Part shown: one piece after another, positions 24,328-36,365 of the stretch | Layout: the number at the start of each line of letters is the position of its first letter | How positions within the stretch are numbered: the stretch's first letter is position 1 | Program-made: the position numbers and the translations under genes | From: Squalus acanthias | Taxonomy: Eukaryota | Reading direction: 5' to 3' | DNA: 64,000 nt | Assembly: GCA_030390025.1 (NCBI GenBank) | Contig: CM059431.1 | Coordinates: 21,576,001 to 21,640,000 of the forward strand | The notes under the pieces: generated by a model | Told to the model about the DNA's origin: nothing | Database searches by the model: none | Seen by the model: only the letters and a program-made list of their open reading frames with translations

Positions 24328-25269
24328 ATGCCAGACTGCAGAATATCATGCTCCTCCTGTAACATGTGGGAAATCAGGGACGCTTCCTGTGTCCCTGACA
24401 ACCATGTGTGCGGGAAGTGTGTCCAGCTGCAGCTCATGTGGGACCGCATGACGGCCCTTGAGCTGCGGATGGACTCACTTTGGAGCATCCACGATTCTGA
24501 GAGGGTTGTGGATAACACATTTAGTGAGTTGGTCACACCGCAGGTTAAGGCCAGCGTAGATAGTACATGGGTGACCAAAAGGCAGAGCAAGGGCAGGAAG
24601 GTAGTGCAGAAATCCCCTGGGGTTGTCTCCCTTAGCAACAGGTTCACCGCCTTAGGTGCTGTTGTCGGGGGGGATGACTCATCGGGGGAAGGCACCAGCA
24701 GCCAGGCTCATGGCACCATGACTGGCTCTGTTGCAAAGAAGGGAGGGAAAAAGAGTGGCAGGGCTATAGTAATAGGGGATTCGATTGTAAGGGGAATAGA
24801 TAGGGGTTTCTGTGGTCGCGACCGAGACTCCAGGATGGTATGTTGCCTCCCTGGTGCAAGGGTCAAGGATGTCTCGGCGCGGGTGCAGAACATTCTGGAG
24901 GGGGAGGGGGAACAGCCAGTTGTCGTGATACATGTTGGTACCAACGACGTAGCTAAAAAAAGGGAAGAGGTCCTACAAGTAGAATTTAGGGAGTTAGGAG
25001 CCAAGCTAAAAAGTAGGACCTCGAAGGTAGTAATCTCTGGATTACTACCAGTGCCACGTGCTAGTAAGAGTACAGAGAACAGGATAGTTAGGCTAAATAC
25101 GTGGCTTGAGCAGTGGTGTAAGAGGGAGGGTTTTAAATTTTTGAGGCATTGGAACCAGTTTTGTGGTAGGTGTGACCTATACAAAAGGGACGGTCTACAC
25201 CTGTGCAAAGATGGAACTGATGTTCTCGGGGTAATTTTTGATAAAGCAGTTCGGGAGCATTTAAACTAG
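24328..25269 (+). CDS. CR1 ORF1p: zinc finger/leucine zipper plus SGNH esterase domain (first codons come from flanking DNA)
   Basis: CSSCNMWE..HVCGKC zinc finger, LSNRF, IVIGDSIVRG (GDS), CLPGARVKD, HVGTND and DGLHL esterase blocks. Confidence 0.85.
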   Translation: MPDCRISCSSCNMWEIRDASCVPDNHVCGKCVQLQLMWDRMTALELRMDSLWSIHDSERVVDNTFSELVTPQVKASVDSTWVTKRQSKGRKVVQKSPGVVSLSNRFTALGAVVGGDDSSGEGTSSQAHGTMTGSVAKKGGKKSGRAIVIGDSIVRGIDRGFCGRDRDSRMVCCLPGARVKDVSARVQNILEGEGEQPVVVIHVGTNDVAKKREEVLQVEFRELGAKLKSRTSKVVISGLLPVPRASKSTENRIVRLNTWLEQWCKREGFKFLRHWNQFCGRCDLYKRDGLHLCKDGTDVLGVIFDKAVREHLN

Positions 25270-28200
25270 TATGGCAGGGGGCTAGAAACCTATGTAGTGA
25301 AATAGAGGAAAGTGAAAGGCAGACAGAAATAAATGGTAAAAGGGTGAGGAACAAAAAACAAAGGGCCAAACTAATTCATAAAAAATGTGAGCATAAAAAA
25401 AGCCTGAGGGTTTTATACCTTAATGCGAGAAGCATCAGGAACAAGGTAGATGAATTAGCTGTGGAAATAGAGGTTAATAATTATGATCTAATTGGGATTA
25501 CGGAAACATGGTTGCAGGGTGAGCAGGGCTGGGAGCTTAACATACAGGGGTATTCAGTATTTAGGAAGGATCGACAAAAAAGAAAGGGAGGAGGGGTAGC
25601 ATTGCTGGTAAAAGAAGGGATAAATGCAATTGAAAGGAAGGATATTAACTCAGTTAATACAGAATCTATATGGGTGGAGCTAAGAAATAGCGAGGGGCGA
25701 AAAACATTAATAGGAGTGGTATATAGGCCTCCAAATAGTAAAATAGAGGTTGGGGAGGGCATCACGAGGGAAATTAGAGAAGCGTGCAATAAGAGCACAG
25801 CTGTCATCATAGGTGACTTTAACTTACATATAGATTGGAATAGCCTAATCAGTAAAAATAATGAGGAGGAGGAATTCCTTGAGTGTTTAAGGGATGGTTA
25901 TCTGGATCAATATGTCGAGGAACCAACTCGGGAACAGGCTATATTGGACTGGGTACTGTGCAATGAGAAGGGACTAATTAGTAATCTTGTTGTACGGGGA
26001 CCCTTGGGTCAGAGCGATCATAACATGATCGATTTCTCACTCGAAATGGAGAGCGAAGAAATTGACTCAGATACTAAGGTCCTGAATTTAAACAAGGGGA
26101 ATTATGATGCCATTAGACGGGAACTGAGTATGTCTGATTGGACAACGTTCCTGGGAGGACTGGAGGTAGATAAACAATGGCAAGCATTTAAAGATAGAAT
26201 GACAAAATTGCAAAAATTGTTTATACCAATCTGGCATAAAAGGAAATCTAAAAAGGTGACTCAACCGTGGATAACAGGGGAAATTAGAGACAGCATAAAA
26301 TCCAAAGATAGGGCGTATAAAATAGCCAAAAAAAGCGCCAGAGCGGAAGATTGGGAACAGTTTAAGATAGAGCAAAGGAGGACAAAGGGCTTAATCAAGA
26401 GGGGCAAAATAGCTTACGAAAGCAAGCTGGCGGAAAATATAAAAACTAACTCCAAAAGCTTTTATAAGTATATCAAGAGGAAAAGACTGGTGAAAACCAA
26501 AGTTGGCCCATTGCAGTCAGATATGGGGGAATATATAACGGGAAATAAGGAAATGGCAGATCAACTAAATGCATACTTTGGGTCAGTCTTTACGAAGGAA
26601 GACACAAAAAACCTCCCTGGGATATCGGGAAAAATAGGGACATTTGCAAAGGAGGAACTGACGCAAGTCAATATCTCTAAGGATATGGTGTTAAGGAAGC
26701 TAAAGGGATTGAAGGCGGACAAATCCCCAGGGCCTGATAACATGCATCCTAGGGTGCTGAAGGAGGTGGCCCTAGAGATAGCGATGCACTAAGTATGATT
26801 TTTCAGAATTCATTAGACTCGGGAACAGTGCCCATGGATTGGAGGGTAGCTAACGTTACCCCACTATTCAAAAAGGGGGGTAGGGAAAAAGCAGGTAATT
26901 ACAGACCTGTAAGCCTTACATCAGTTGTGGGCAAAATGCTGGAGTCCATCATGAAGGATGAAATAGCGGAGCACTTAGCAAATGGGGACAGGATAGGACA
27001 GAGTCAACATGGATTTACAAAGGGTAAATCGTGCTTGACTAATCTATTGGAATTTTTTGAGGGAGTAACTGGTAAAATAGATGGGGGAGAGCCATTGATG
27101 TGGTGTACCTGGACTTCCAAAAGGCCTTCGATAAGGTCCCACATAAAAGATTAGCAGGGAAAATTGAAGCTCATGGGATAAAGGGGAAAGTATTGACGTG
27201 GATAGAGAACTGGCTGTCAGATAGAAAACAGAGAGTTGGAATAAACGGCTCATTTTCTGAATGGCAGGCAGTAACAAGTGGGGTACCACAGGGATCTGTC
27301 CTGGGTCCCCAGCTGTTCACAATTTACATTAATGACCTGGATCAGGGAGTCGGATGCAACATTTCCAAATTTGCAGACGACACTAAACTAGGAGGGGGGG
27401 TGGGCTCAGAGGAGGAGACCAGGAAGCTCCAGAGCGATTTGGACAGACTGGGTGATTGGGCGGATAAATGGCAGATGCACTATAATGTGGACAAGTGCGA
27501 AGTTATCCACCTTGGGTGCAGGAACGGGAGGGCAAATTATTATTTAAATGGCAATAAATTGGGAGAGGGGGAAGTACAGAGAGACCTGGGTGTTCTTGTA
27601 CACCAGTCACTGAAGGCGAGCATGCAGGTGCAACAGGCGATCAAGAAGGCAAACGGTATGCTGGCCTTCATAGCAAAAGGGTTGGAATACAGGAACAGGG
27701 ATACCTTGCTGCAGCTGTACAGGGCACTGGTGAGACCACACCTCGAGTACTGTGTACAGTTTTGGTCGCCTCATCTGAGGAAAGATGTTCTTGCCATGGA
27801 GGGGGTGCAGCGGCGATTCACCAGGCTGATACCAGGAATGGCGGGATTGACCTATGAGGAGAGACTATGTAGTTTAGGGATGTACACACTGGAGTTTAGA
27901 AGATTGAGAGGGGACCTCATAGAAGTGTATAAAATTCTGACAGGTCTAGACAGACTAGATGCAGAAGGAATGTTTCCCTTGGCGGGTGAGAACAGAACTA
28001 GAGGACATAATTTAAGGATAAGGGCTAAACCATTTAGGACAGAAATGAGGGGGAATTTCTTCACTCAGAGGGTGGTGAACCTGTGGAACTCATTGCCACA
28101 GAGGGCAGTGTACGCCAGCTCATTAAATATATTTAAGAGGGAATTAGATATATTTCTACAGGCAAAAGGGGTTAAGGGTTACGGAAAGAAGGCGGGGACG

Positions 28201-28308
28201 GGATACTGAATTGGAGGATCAGCCATGATCTCATTAAATGGCGGAGCAGGCTCGAAGGGCCGGATGGCCTACTCCTGCTCCTATCTTCTATGTATCTATG
28301 TATCTATG
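24350..28308 (+). mobile_element. Near full-length CR1 LINE, 5'-truncated inside the start of ORF1
   Basis: ORF1 and ORF2 present, 3' tail (TCTATGTA)n, TSD TATCAT (24344-24349 / 28309-28314). Confidence 0.93.
25344..28209 (+). pseudogene. CR1 ORF2 (APE endonuclease plus reverse transcriptase) with two 1-bp frameshifts (~26782, ~27094)
   Basis: YLNARS, GITETW, GDFN and SDH (APE); QHGF, YLDFQKAFDKV, GVPQGSVLGP and FADDTK (RT). Split over ORFs 25344-26792, 26795-27154 and 27100-28209. Confidence 0.92.
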
Positions 28309-30679
28309 TATCATCGAGCCTCGATCTGCATATTTAAAGAGGACCCCACCAGCTTGGGATGGGTGTCCTGCTCGCCTGCTCAAAAGAGCAGGTTAATGTT
28401 CGGACCCGTCAGGAAGGCAACGTCTTCGGCGATGGTAAGTTGCCCTTATTTTAACTGCCTCCGCCAGGTGGGGGAGCTAAAATCGGAGCCTATGGGAGTA
28501 GTGAGGCCGCGGGAGATGGCAAGGTCGAGCATGTGGCTGTGAGTATGGGTGGAGAGTTTATGTGGTGGGAGAGATTTAGAGAGGGCAGAACGTCAGTGAA
28601 TTCAGAGGAAAGAGGGCAAGGGGAGCTGAGATGAAGATTGACATCACTGAGAATGAGGAGTCATTCAATTCAGAGGCTGAGGGAAGATAGGAGGGAAGAT
28701 ATCTCGGTGAGAAACTTGAGGTGGAGCTTGGGCAGTGGTAGACAATGAGAATTTTAAAGGAGAAGTGGAACAAGGTGAGTTGCTCGAAGAAGGAGAAAGT
28801 AACAGAGGAGTAGGATGAGAGATTATAGTGTGATTTAGTGAGAAGGGCCACACTGACACCACAACAGTTTGGGCAAGGCAGATGGTGAAAAGTATAGCCA
28901 GGCAGAAGGCAGTGACTCCACCTATGTGCAAGTTTCAGTCAAAACCAAGATGTCAATGCAATCATCCATAATAAGGGCATAGATGGCAAGAGCCTTGTTC
29001 TTGAGTGAACGGATATTCTAGAGGGAATGCAGAGTGGGATGGTAATTGTTTGTCCACTGGCAGAATGCAAGACGGCAGTGGTGTGTGGGGTGAGGGGGAC
29101 GGGAAAGAGGTTGGTGAAGTTAGCTCCCAGCTGGGCGGGAAGGTCACGAGGGAGGAGGCATCGACAGGTGCCTCGATGGGCTGTTGAGTTTGCTGCTGGT
29201 AAGGAGAATGCCAAGAGAGATGCAGAGGATAGCTGTGGGCTTATCCAAGGGAGATTCAAGCCTGAAATGACAGCAGGAGAATAGGAAGACAGAGGAGTAA
29301 TGATGGGTTGGGGTAAGGATTAGGTGAGGCAAAGTACCCAAGAGGGAAGAAAAGAAAGGTGGCATTATTGGGTAACAGGAAAGGGAGGAGTCAGGAGAGA
29401 AGGGGCAAGCGATAATAAAAAGAAGAAATGGGCTCGGGTTGGGAACGGCAGCCAAAATACAGGCTGAATGGATCCAGATCCAGATCACCCATTCTGCTAA
29501 TTCTACTGTTGTTATTAATGTGACTTGGTAAACGTTTCATAAAGAAGCTCCTGTAGTTATGAAGAGGCAGAGATCATTGGCTCACATATGCCTGTGTGTT
29601 TGATTTTTGCAAATAGATGAGAGTGTAGCTTCCTTGTTTGCTTCACTGTGCTCACCCCATATTCATTATTTTGAAGTTAGTAGAAGCTGTCAGACTCATA
29701 AAGATTCATAATCATTACCAGTTGGTAAAGTGGTGAATTAGCATAATTTCCTCTTACTAATGGATGGCTCATGTTACCGCAGGTGGTAAATTATCTTGTA
29801 GGAATGCAGACAACACAGAACTTACCTACAAAGTCTGATCTTCTGTCCCTGACAGCAGTTACCTCACGCATAACCACCTATCTCTTTGCCTTTCTCAAAT
29901 ATCAGTTGTTAGTGTTCACCTGTCGGCTCTTATGTACATTTTTGCTGTTTTAAGACAGGTAAAACTTTATCAGGCGTTAGCTCAAGGAAATCAAGGGGAA
30001 ATTACTTTTTGTAATGCTTTCAGTAAAACATTTTATAATTCCACAGCTTTACTAATGGTAGGCAGCACTGTTTACCACAATCACAAACCACAGGTTGAGG
30101 GGGGACAAGAGAGGGAAGGAATATGGCCTAGTGGAAACTGTATAACAACATAATTAGTGTCAGAACTGGGCACATAATACTAAAACATCAGTATAAATAG
30201 TGCTTATGGCACTGAGCCAAGGGGAAAGTGGCACTGTGTGGAACAGTTTGTAGTGAATTTAGAAAACAGTTTAATAATTTGAGCAAGAAAATTTTCTCCT
30301 TTTTCCACTTGAGACAGCCATCTGTAACAAGAGGCCAGACCACTGCACTCAGCATCGAACAGCATCTGCAGTAAATAAAGGATTTGTTGTTTCTGGTTGT
30401 TGTCATGTTTCTGCACTGGACATATACGGGACCGTAACAGTACACTCCCTACAACAACTTCAAAACCAAGAATTAATCTGGATTAAGGATTTTCTCTGAT
30501 CTTCCATGTGATGTCAACATTTATTTTCTCCTTAAGCAGACGAAGTCTTGTTAACTCAGATTAATTGTTGAAAATTAAATCATTCCATTTATCAAACTGT
30601 CACCATTGAGTAAACCTATTAGTAATGATTTAAGACACACTGTAAAGCAATTGGTGCTTCTGAAAATGTTTCACCCAAA

Positions 30680-31640
30680 AGGCATTTGACAAAGTTCCAC
30701 ACAAAAGGTTATTAGTTAAGCTCAGGTTGAAGGGTACTTGTTAGCAGAGTTATGTTGGGGTGGGGGGAAGTACTGAGTGCGTGCTTCAGGGCTGTATTGA
30801 GATCACGACTGTTTCTAATCTACATCAGTACTTGAATTCAGAAACTCAATGTAAATTGATCAAAATTGCAGATGATGCCAAACTAGGAGGGCAGTGTAAT
30901 CGCAGGAGGCAACATTGAAATTACAGAATGAATTGGACAAAATATCTAGATGGCAGAACAATGGCAGACAAAACTTAAGGCATACAAGTGTAAAGTGCTT
31001 CAAAAGAAATGAAGAATGGACAGTATGAATGGTGTTGAAATAGCTATGGAAGGAAGCTGAAAGGGACCTAGTAGTCTTTGCAAAGTTGATGTTCAACACA
31101 TCCACCCAATACAGAGCAGCATTCAACAAATCAATAGAATACTGAACTGCATAGCCAAAGAAGTCATGATCAAACCATAGTGCTCTGGTCGGACCATACA
31201 GTGCCTAGTTTTGGTTGTCGAGACTTAAAGGAGACAGTCAAGGGTTGGAAGCAGTGTAGAGATGAGCCACAAGACTGCCCCTTGTGTCAAATATCTTAGT
31301 AAGGAGAAATAATGGAGAAACTTGGGCTTTTCATCCTGAAAATGAGGCATCTGAGAGGTGATGTTCCAGAGGTATACAGGAGAGTTAAATGAATATTACT
31401 TTAAACTAAATTGCAAGAGTAGGATAAGGGAACACAGGTTCAAACTAGTAATATGTAAATCAAAGACTGATATCAGGAAGTTTTTCTTCACACAAAGAGT
31501 GATCAACATGTGTAGTGGACTTCTCGGTAGAGTAGTGGAGGCAAAAACTAATCACGGAAGCAACAATTAGATGCTGCAATATGGGACTGTAAGATTTTTA
31601 TAGATGGTTAAATTAAGATGGACTGATTGGCCTTCCTCGT
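30680..31640 (+). mobile_element. Highly decayed CR1 RT and 3' fragment
   Basis: Remnants of AFDKVPHKRL, K.ADD.KLGG and RKFFFTQRVINM. Confidence 0.6.
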
Positions 31641-32736
31641 GTGAAATATAGATGTAAACTTTGTTAGAATTCCTATAAAGGCAAAGAAGAATATCCAAAA
31701 TTACTTCCTGTCAGGTGAAGAATCAAACGTGATCCCTTAAAAGTTTATTCCAATTAAAGTGCCGTGCTCTCCTCTCTACTCATATTCCAATTACTAACAT
31801 CAACTGTAACAGTTTATATTTGATGTATAAATACATCCTTTATGATGCACTATCTAGTGCAGAAGTCTCTGTGTGTTGAAGGTTTGTGTATGTTACTCAG
31901 AGTGCAGGGTAGTCCATCTATTAAATGCACTATGCTAACTATTTTCAACTGCTATTTCATCATGAAAGTGCCATCATTAAGTATAAATAGATAATTGCTG
32001 CTTTCTGACAAAGAAACAGTATCTTATGACACAGATAATGATACATTATTCCAGCATTCAAAGGAACAAAGATGGTGACAATCCTGTGAAAACAAGCAGT
32101 TACTAGAAAACCTCAATTTATGTTCAAAGAACTTAATAAGAAAATGGAAGAAGTTTGAATAAAAACCAAGATTGAACATGTGTTTCAAGTTTCTGGATTT
32201 TAACAAAATCTGAAAGGTGAGGTTTATTAAAAGATACAGCCTCTAATCTAAAACAAGGTTAATGGCTCATCTCATTAAACAAGATATGAACTATTTTATT
32301 TGTTAAAGTAAGCACTCAGTTCCCCAGATCAGAACAAAACCTGTTTAAACACACACATCCAAACACACAGGCACCTACATGCAGATGCACATATAAAAAT
32401 AACACTTGCAATTTATTTTATCCAAATTAAGAATTATTACACATTTATTTTCTGTGCCTTGTAAGAGAAACTCAAATTATAGATTGCAATAGAGGGCTGA
32501 TTCTTTTTAATTACTTCAATTAATTTGGTGCCACATTGCAAAAAGTAACGAAATTATATTATAAAGTGCAATGAACAAACAATAACTAAAACAAACGGGT
32601 TTTATTTCCTTCTTTGCCTGTTTGATAACTTGAAAATGTATAGATGTAAACTATTCTTCTTGGGAGGGAGTTAAATGCTGGCTCTTTGTAGTCAAGTTGG
32701 TTCCAAGATTGTATGGCTACAATGGGAAATTAGAAT

Positions 32737-33049
32737 GCTACCTGACCTGCTGAGTATTTCCAGCATTTTCTGTTTTTATTTCAGATTTCCAGCATCCGCA
32801 GTATTTTGCTATTGTATTAGTGTTTGGTTCGCTGCCACTTCTCTTCTAGGAATGCCCGCCTTGAAGAAGTTCTGCTCTTCTCTCCGACGGGATTTACATC
32901 TCTAACTTTTTCCAGTTCTGACGAAAGGTCATCGACCTGAAACGTTAACTCTGTTTCTCTCTCCACAGATGCTGCCTGACCTGCTGAGTATTTCCAGCAT
33001 TTTCTGTTTTTATTTCACATTTCCAGCATCCGCAATATTTTGCTTTTGT
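32737..33049 (+). mobile_element. Mini Penelope-like element (second family) with a direct partial repeat of 234-bp period and one hammerhead
   Basis: TSD ATTAGAAT (32729-32736 / 33050-33057). 32737-32820 is repeated at 32971-33054. Hammerhead at 32914-32950. Confidence 0.72.
32914..32950 (+). ncRNA. Minimal type I hammerhead ribozyme motif
   Basis: AGTT-CTGACGA-A-AGGTC atc GACCT-GAAA-CG-T-T-AACT: stem I AGTT/AACT, stem II AGGTC/GACCT, palindromic ACGT stem III. Confidence 0.72.
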
Positions 33050-33666
33050 ATTAGAATTGTGTTGATGCTCTGTGGTAGACATGGTGATCAAGTAACCTTA
33101 GCTAGGCAGATTTGCAGTGCTCCGGGGTACTATTGATGATGGACTAGCTATCTTGGCTTATTGATGGAGTTGGGGGGAATAGACCTGTCACTGAGGATGG
33201 GATTGTTCCAGCTCCAAATAGTCCTGTAAACTAAATCCTTCACAGAAAGGCTGGTCCAGCAGTGGTAGCTTATCAGTGCTCCATGAAGATAGGCTATGTG
33301 ATGTGCATTGGTTAATCTTCAGTAGAATCCCTATTCACACTTGGAGGTGCTTAAGCATTGGCTGTTGTCAACCTGTGCCTATGTTCTCTTGGTTAGTAAG
33401 TGGAGAGAGTGTGTGCACTCCATATCATGCAAATAGACACTACATATATGGATTTCTCAGTGGTTTTGTTTGAAGACTTTTAAGTATCCTGATTGATCTT
33501 TACATGTTTCAGGCACATGGCTGACCCTCAAAAATGGTGAAATGTTGTGTAAAATGAATCTGAGGACTATTGTTTCCAGGACATGTGTGTCTAGCTCAAT
33601 AATAATGCAAAAAGGATTAATCCTCTCTGGCTTCATGGCCAATGTCTATAATATATTAAAAACTTT

Positions 33667-34403
33667 GGGCTGGATTTTCATAGGGCCGTGGAGGCAGGTT
33701 TGGAGGCGTGTGGGGGGTTAAAATTGCGAAAAGTGGCGGGCGAACCTGATCCCGCCTCCATGCAATTTTGATAAAATCGTGTGCGGTGTTCCCGACTCCG
33801 TCCCACCTCCAAGAGGCGGGAGAGGCCATTAAAGCCCTTAACAAGCCCTAAATTGGCTCTGTAATGCCATTTTGAAACATTTTAGCTAGTTTAACCCTTT
33901 TCCGACGTGAAGCACGCCTGATGTGAAACACGCCAGTGAAACCTGGCAGGAGCATAAGTGGATAGCTGACTATCAGCTGCAGGTCCACTATTACAACGGA
34001 GATGTGATGAAGGTAGTAGTAGTATTAGGTCTGAAAGTCGCCTCTGATGCTGCTGCATTGAATGTCTTCAGAGACTGCCTGGCCTTTGCTGTGAGAGGAC
34101 CTGGATGCAAAAAAATTCTCTCTCGCTCTCTCTCTCTCTCCTGCTGCTCATTTTGCATCCAGGTCCACTCACATCAAAGGCCAGGCAGTCTCTGAAGACC
34201 TTCAATGCAGCAGCAATGATGTCATCAACAGAGGCGACTTTCAGACTGAAACCACTAATTGGTTCATGGGTTCCCACATGCTGGAACTCAATTGCCCAAT
34301 TAGGTGAAAATTGCATCAATCTCCCACATCCAATTGCAGTCGGGTGGATAACACAAAATGCGGATGACACGACCCCAACCCGCCCCGTATCAAAATCCAG
34401 CCC
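33667..34403. mobile_element. MITE with an internal ~85-bp-arm hairpin
   Basis: TIR GGGCTGGATTTT.AT...AT.AAAATCCAGCCC. The empty site is visible in paralogous copy B. Confidence 0.7.
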
Positions 34404-34435
34404 CTTATGTTTGCATACACTTCCTGTCTATTAAA

Positions 34436-35087
34436 CTCCAGAAGCTTAACTGGACCAGCACATAAATACTGTGGCTACAAGAGCAGGTCAGAGGCTAGGT
34501 ATTCTGCAGCGAGTGACTCACCTCCAGACTCCCCAAAGACTTTCCAACATCTACAAGATACAAGTCAGGAGTGTGATGGAATACTCTTCACCTACCTGAA
34601 TGAATGCAGCTCCAACAACACTCAAGAAGCTCGACACCATGCAGGACAAAGCAGCCCACTTGATTGGCACCCCATCCACCACCTTAAACATTCACTCCCT
34701 CACCACTGGCGCACCGTGGCTGCAGTGTGTACCATCTACAAGATGCACTGCAGCAACTTGTCAAGGCTTTTCCGACGGCACCTCCCAAACCCGCGACTCT
34801 ACCACCTAGAAGGACAAGGGCAGCAGGCGGATGGGAACACCATCACCTCCAAGTTCCCCTCCAAGTCACACATGATCCTGACTTGGAATATATCGCCGTT
34901 CCTCCATCACCACTGGGTTAAAATCCTGGCACTCTCTACCTAACAGCACTGTGGGAGTACCTTTACCACATAGACTGCAGTGGTTCAAGAAGGAGGCTCA
35001 CCACCACCTTCTCAAGGGCAATTAGGGATCAGCAATAAATGCTGGCCTTGCCAGCGGCGCCCACATCCCAGGAATGAATAAAAAAAA
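34436..35087 (+). mobile_element. Non-LTR retrotransposon (CR1/L2 group) 3' fragment
   Basis: HINTVATRAGQRLG..IYK.QVRSVMEYS..MNAAPTTLKKLDT, with an A-rich tail GAATGAATAAAAAAA. Confidence 0.75.
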
Positions 35088-35415
35088 TTACTTCTGGTTG
35101 TCATGATTTGTCATCCTTTTTTGTCAACTTATATCTACATTCATAATGGAAACTGCCTATGTGAACTTGTCATACCGTAATTACTCCCTCCTACAGTGGT
35201 GGCACTGTCGCACCTCAGTTTTACATCTTCCAGCCCCTCAGCCTTTACTGGAGAGAAATTCCTATGTTCCATCTACTGCTCAGCTTCTGAAATTGCTGTA
35301 AATTTTGCTATTCAGCTAGAAATAATAATATAAAAATAAGGACAGAATGTATGGCTTTAAAATTATAGAGTGAAAGAACTTGCATTTATGGCCTTAGGAC
35401 ATCCCAAAGCACTTC

Positions 35416-36028
35416 ATTTTTTTTATTCGTTCATGGAATCTGGGCGTCGCTGGCAAAGCCAGCATTTATTGCCCATCTGTATTTGCCCTTGAGAAGGTGG
35501 TGGTGACTCACCTTCTTCAACCACTGCAGTCCGTGTGGTGAAGGTACTCCCACAGTGCTGTTAGGGAGGGAGTTCCAGGATTTTAACCCAGCAACAATGA
35601 AGGAACGGCGATATACTTCCAAGTCAGGATGGTGTGTGACTTGGAGGGGAACTTGGAGGTGGTGGTGTTCCCATGCGCCTGCTGCCCTTGTCCTTCTAGG
35701 TGGAAGAGTTTGTGGGTTTGGGAGGTGCTGCCGAAGAAGCCTTGTAGATGGTACACACTGCAGCCACGGTACGCTGGTGGTGGAGGGAGTGAATGTTTAA
35801 GGTGGTGGATGGGGTGCCAATCAAGCGGGCTGCTTTGTCCTGGATGGTGTCGAGCTTCTTGAGTGTTGTTGGAGCTGCACTCATCCAGGCAAGTGGAGAG
35901 TATTCCATCACACTCCTTACTTGTGCCTTGTAGATGGTGGAAAGGCTTTGGGGAATCAGGAGGTGAGACATTCGCCACAGAACACCTAGCCTCTGACCTG
36001 CTCTTGTTGCCACAGTATTTATGTACTG
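35416..36028 (-). mobile_element. Same LINE family 3' fragment in inverted orientation
   Basis: ORF 35696-36037 contains YINTVATRAGQRLG...IYKAQVRSVMEYSPLAWMSAAPTTLKKLDTIQDKAARLIG. Inserted within a SINE. Confidence 0.75.
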
Positions 36029-36365
36029 CATAGCCAATGACGTACTTTTGAAGTGTAGTCACTGTCGTGATGTAGGAAAATGTGGCAGCCAATTTGCTCA
36101 CAGCAAGGTCCCACAAACTTCAATGTGATAAATGGCCAGACAATCCGATTTAGTAATGCTGGACGAGAGATAACTGTTAGCCAGGACACTAGGACAACTC
36201 CCCTTCTCTTCTTTGAATAGTGTCATGGGATGTTTTACGTCCATCTGAGAGGGCAGGCAGGGCCTTGGTTTAATGTCTCATTTGAAAGATGGCAAATCCC
36301 ACAGTACAGCACTTCCTCAGCGCTGCAGTGAAATATCACCCTAGGTTCTGTGCTCAAGTCTGTGA
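36029..36365 (-). mobile_element. SacSINE1-like SINE (tail part at ~35372-35415)
   Basis: Reverse-complement similarity to 6690-7165. Confidence 0.65.

Larger units (their letters stand above)
24172..28491. mobile_element. MITE (24172-24349 plus 28315-28491) interrupted by CR1
   Basis: Ends GTCCTGATTTTAA / CTAAAATCGGAGCC. The joined flanks match the uninterrupted related sequence at 41590-41670 (AAATGGCAGAC...TCATCGGAGCCCAATCTGCATATTTAAAGAGGACCCC). Confidence 0.55.
23105..29480 (-). mobile_element. Old L2-type LINE (pieces ~23105-24165 and ~28495-29480) split by a MITE that is itself split by a CR1
   Basis: Peptides SFQHHITAITKTAYFQLCNIA and AFSCLGPTLWNSLP are L2 ORF2 motifs. Purine-rich degraded sequence resumes after 28490. 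Confidence 0.55.
33086..35136 (+). repeat. Unclassified ~0.65-kb repeat, copy A (interrupted by MITE 33667-34403 and LINE 34436-35087)
   Basis: Colinear reverse-complement similarity to 51437-52221 along its whole length. Confidence 0.8.

Noticed and set aside
29480-32700. Possible exons of a neighbouring gene (e.g. a P2RY-type receptor expected from mammalian synteny)
   Set aside because: No long ORF, GPCR motif or convincing spliceable coding exon was recognised here or elsewhere in the window.
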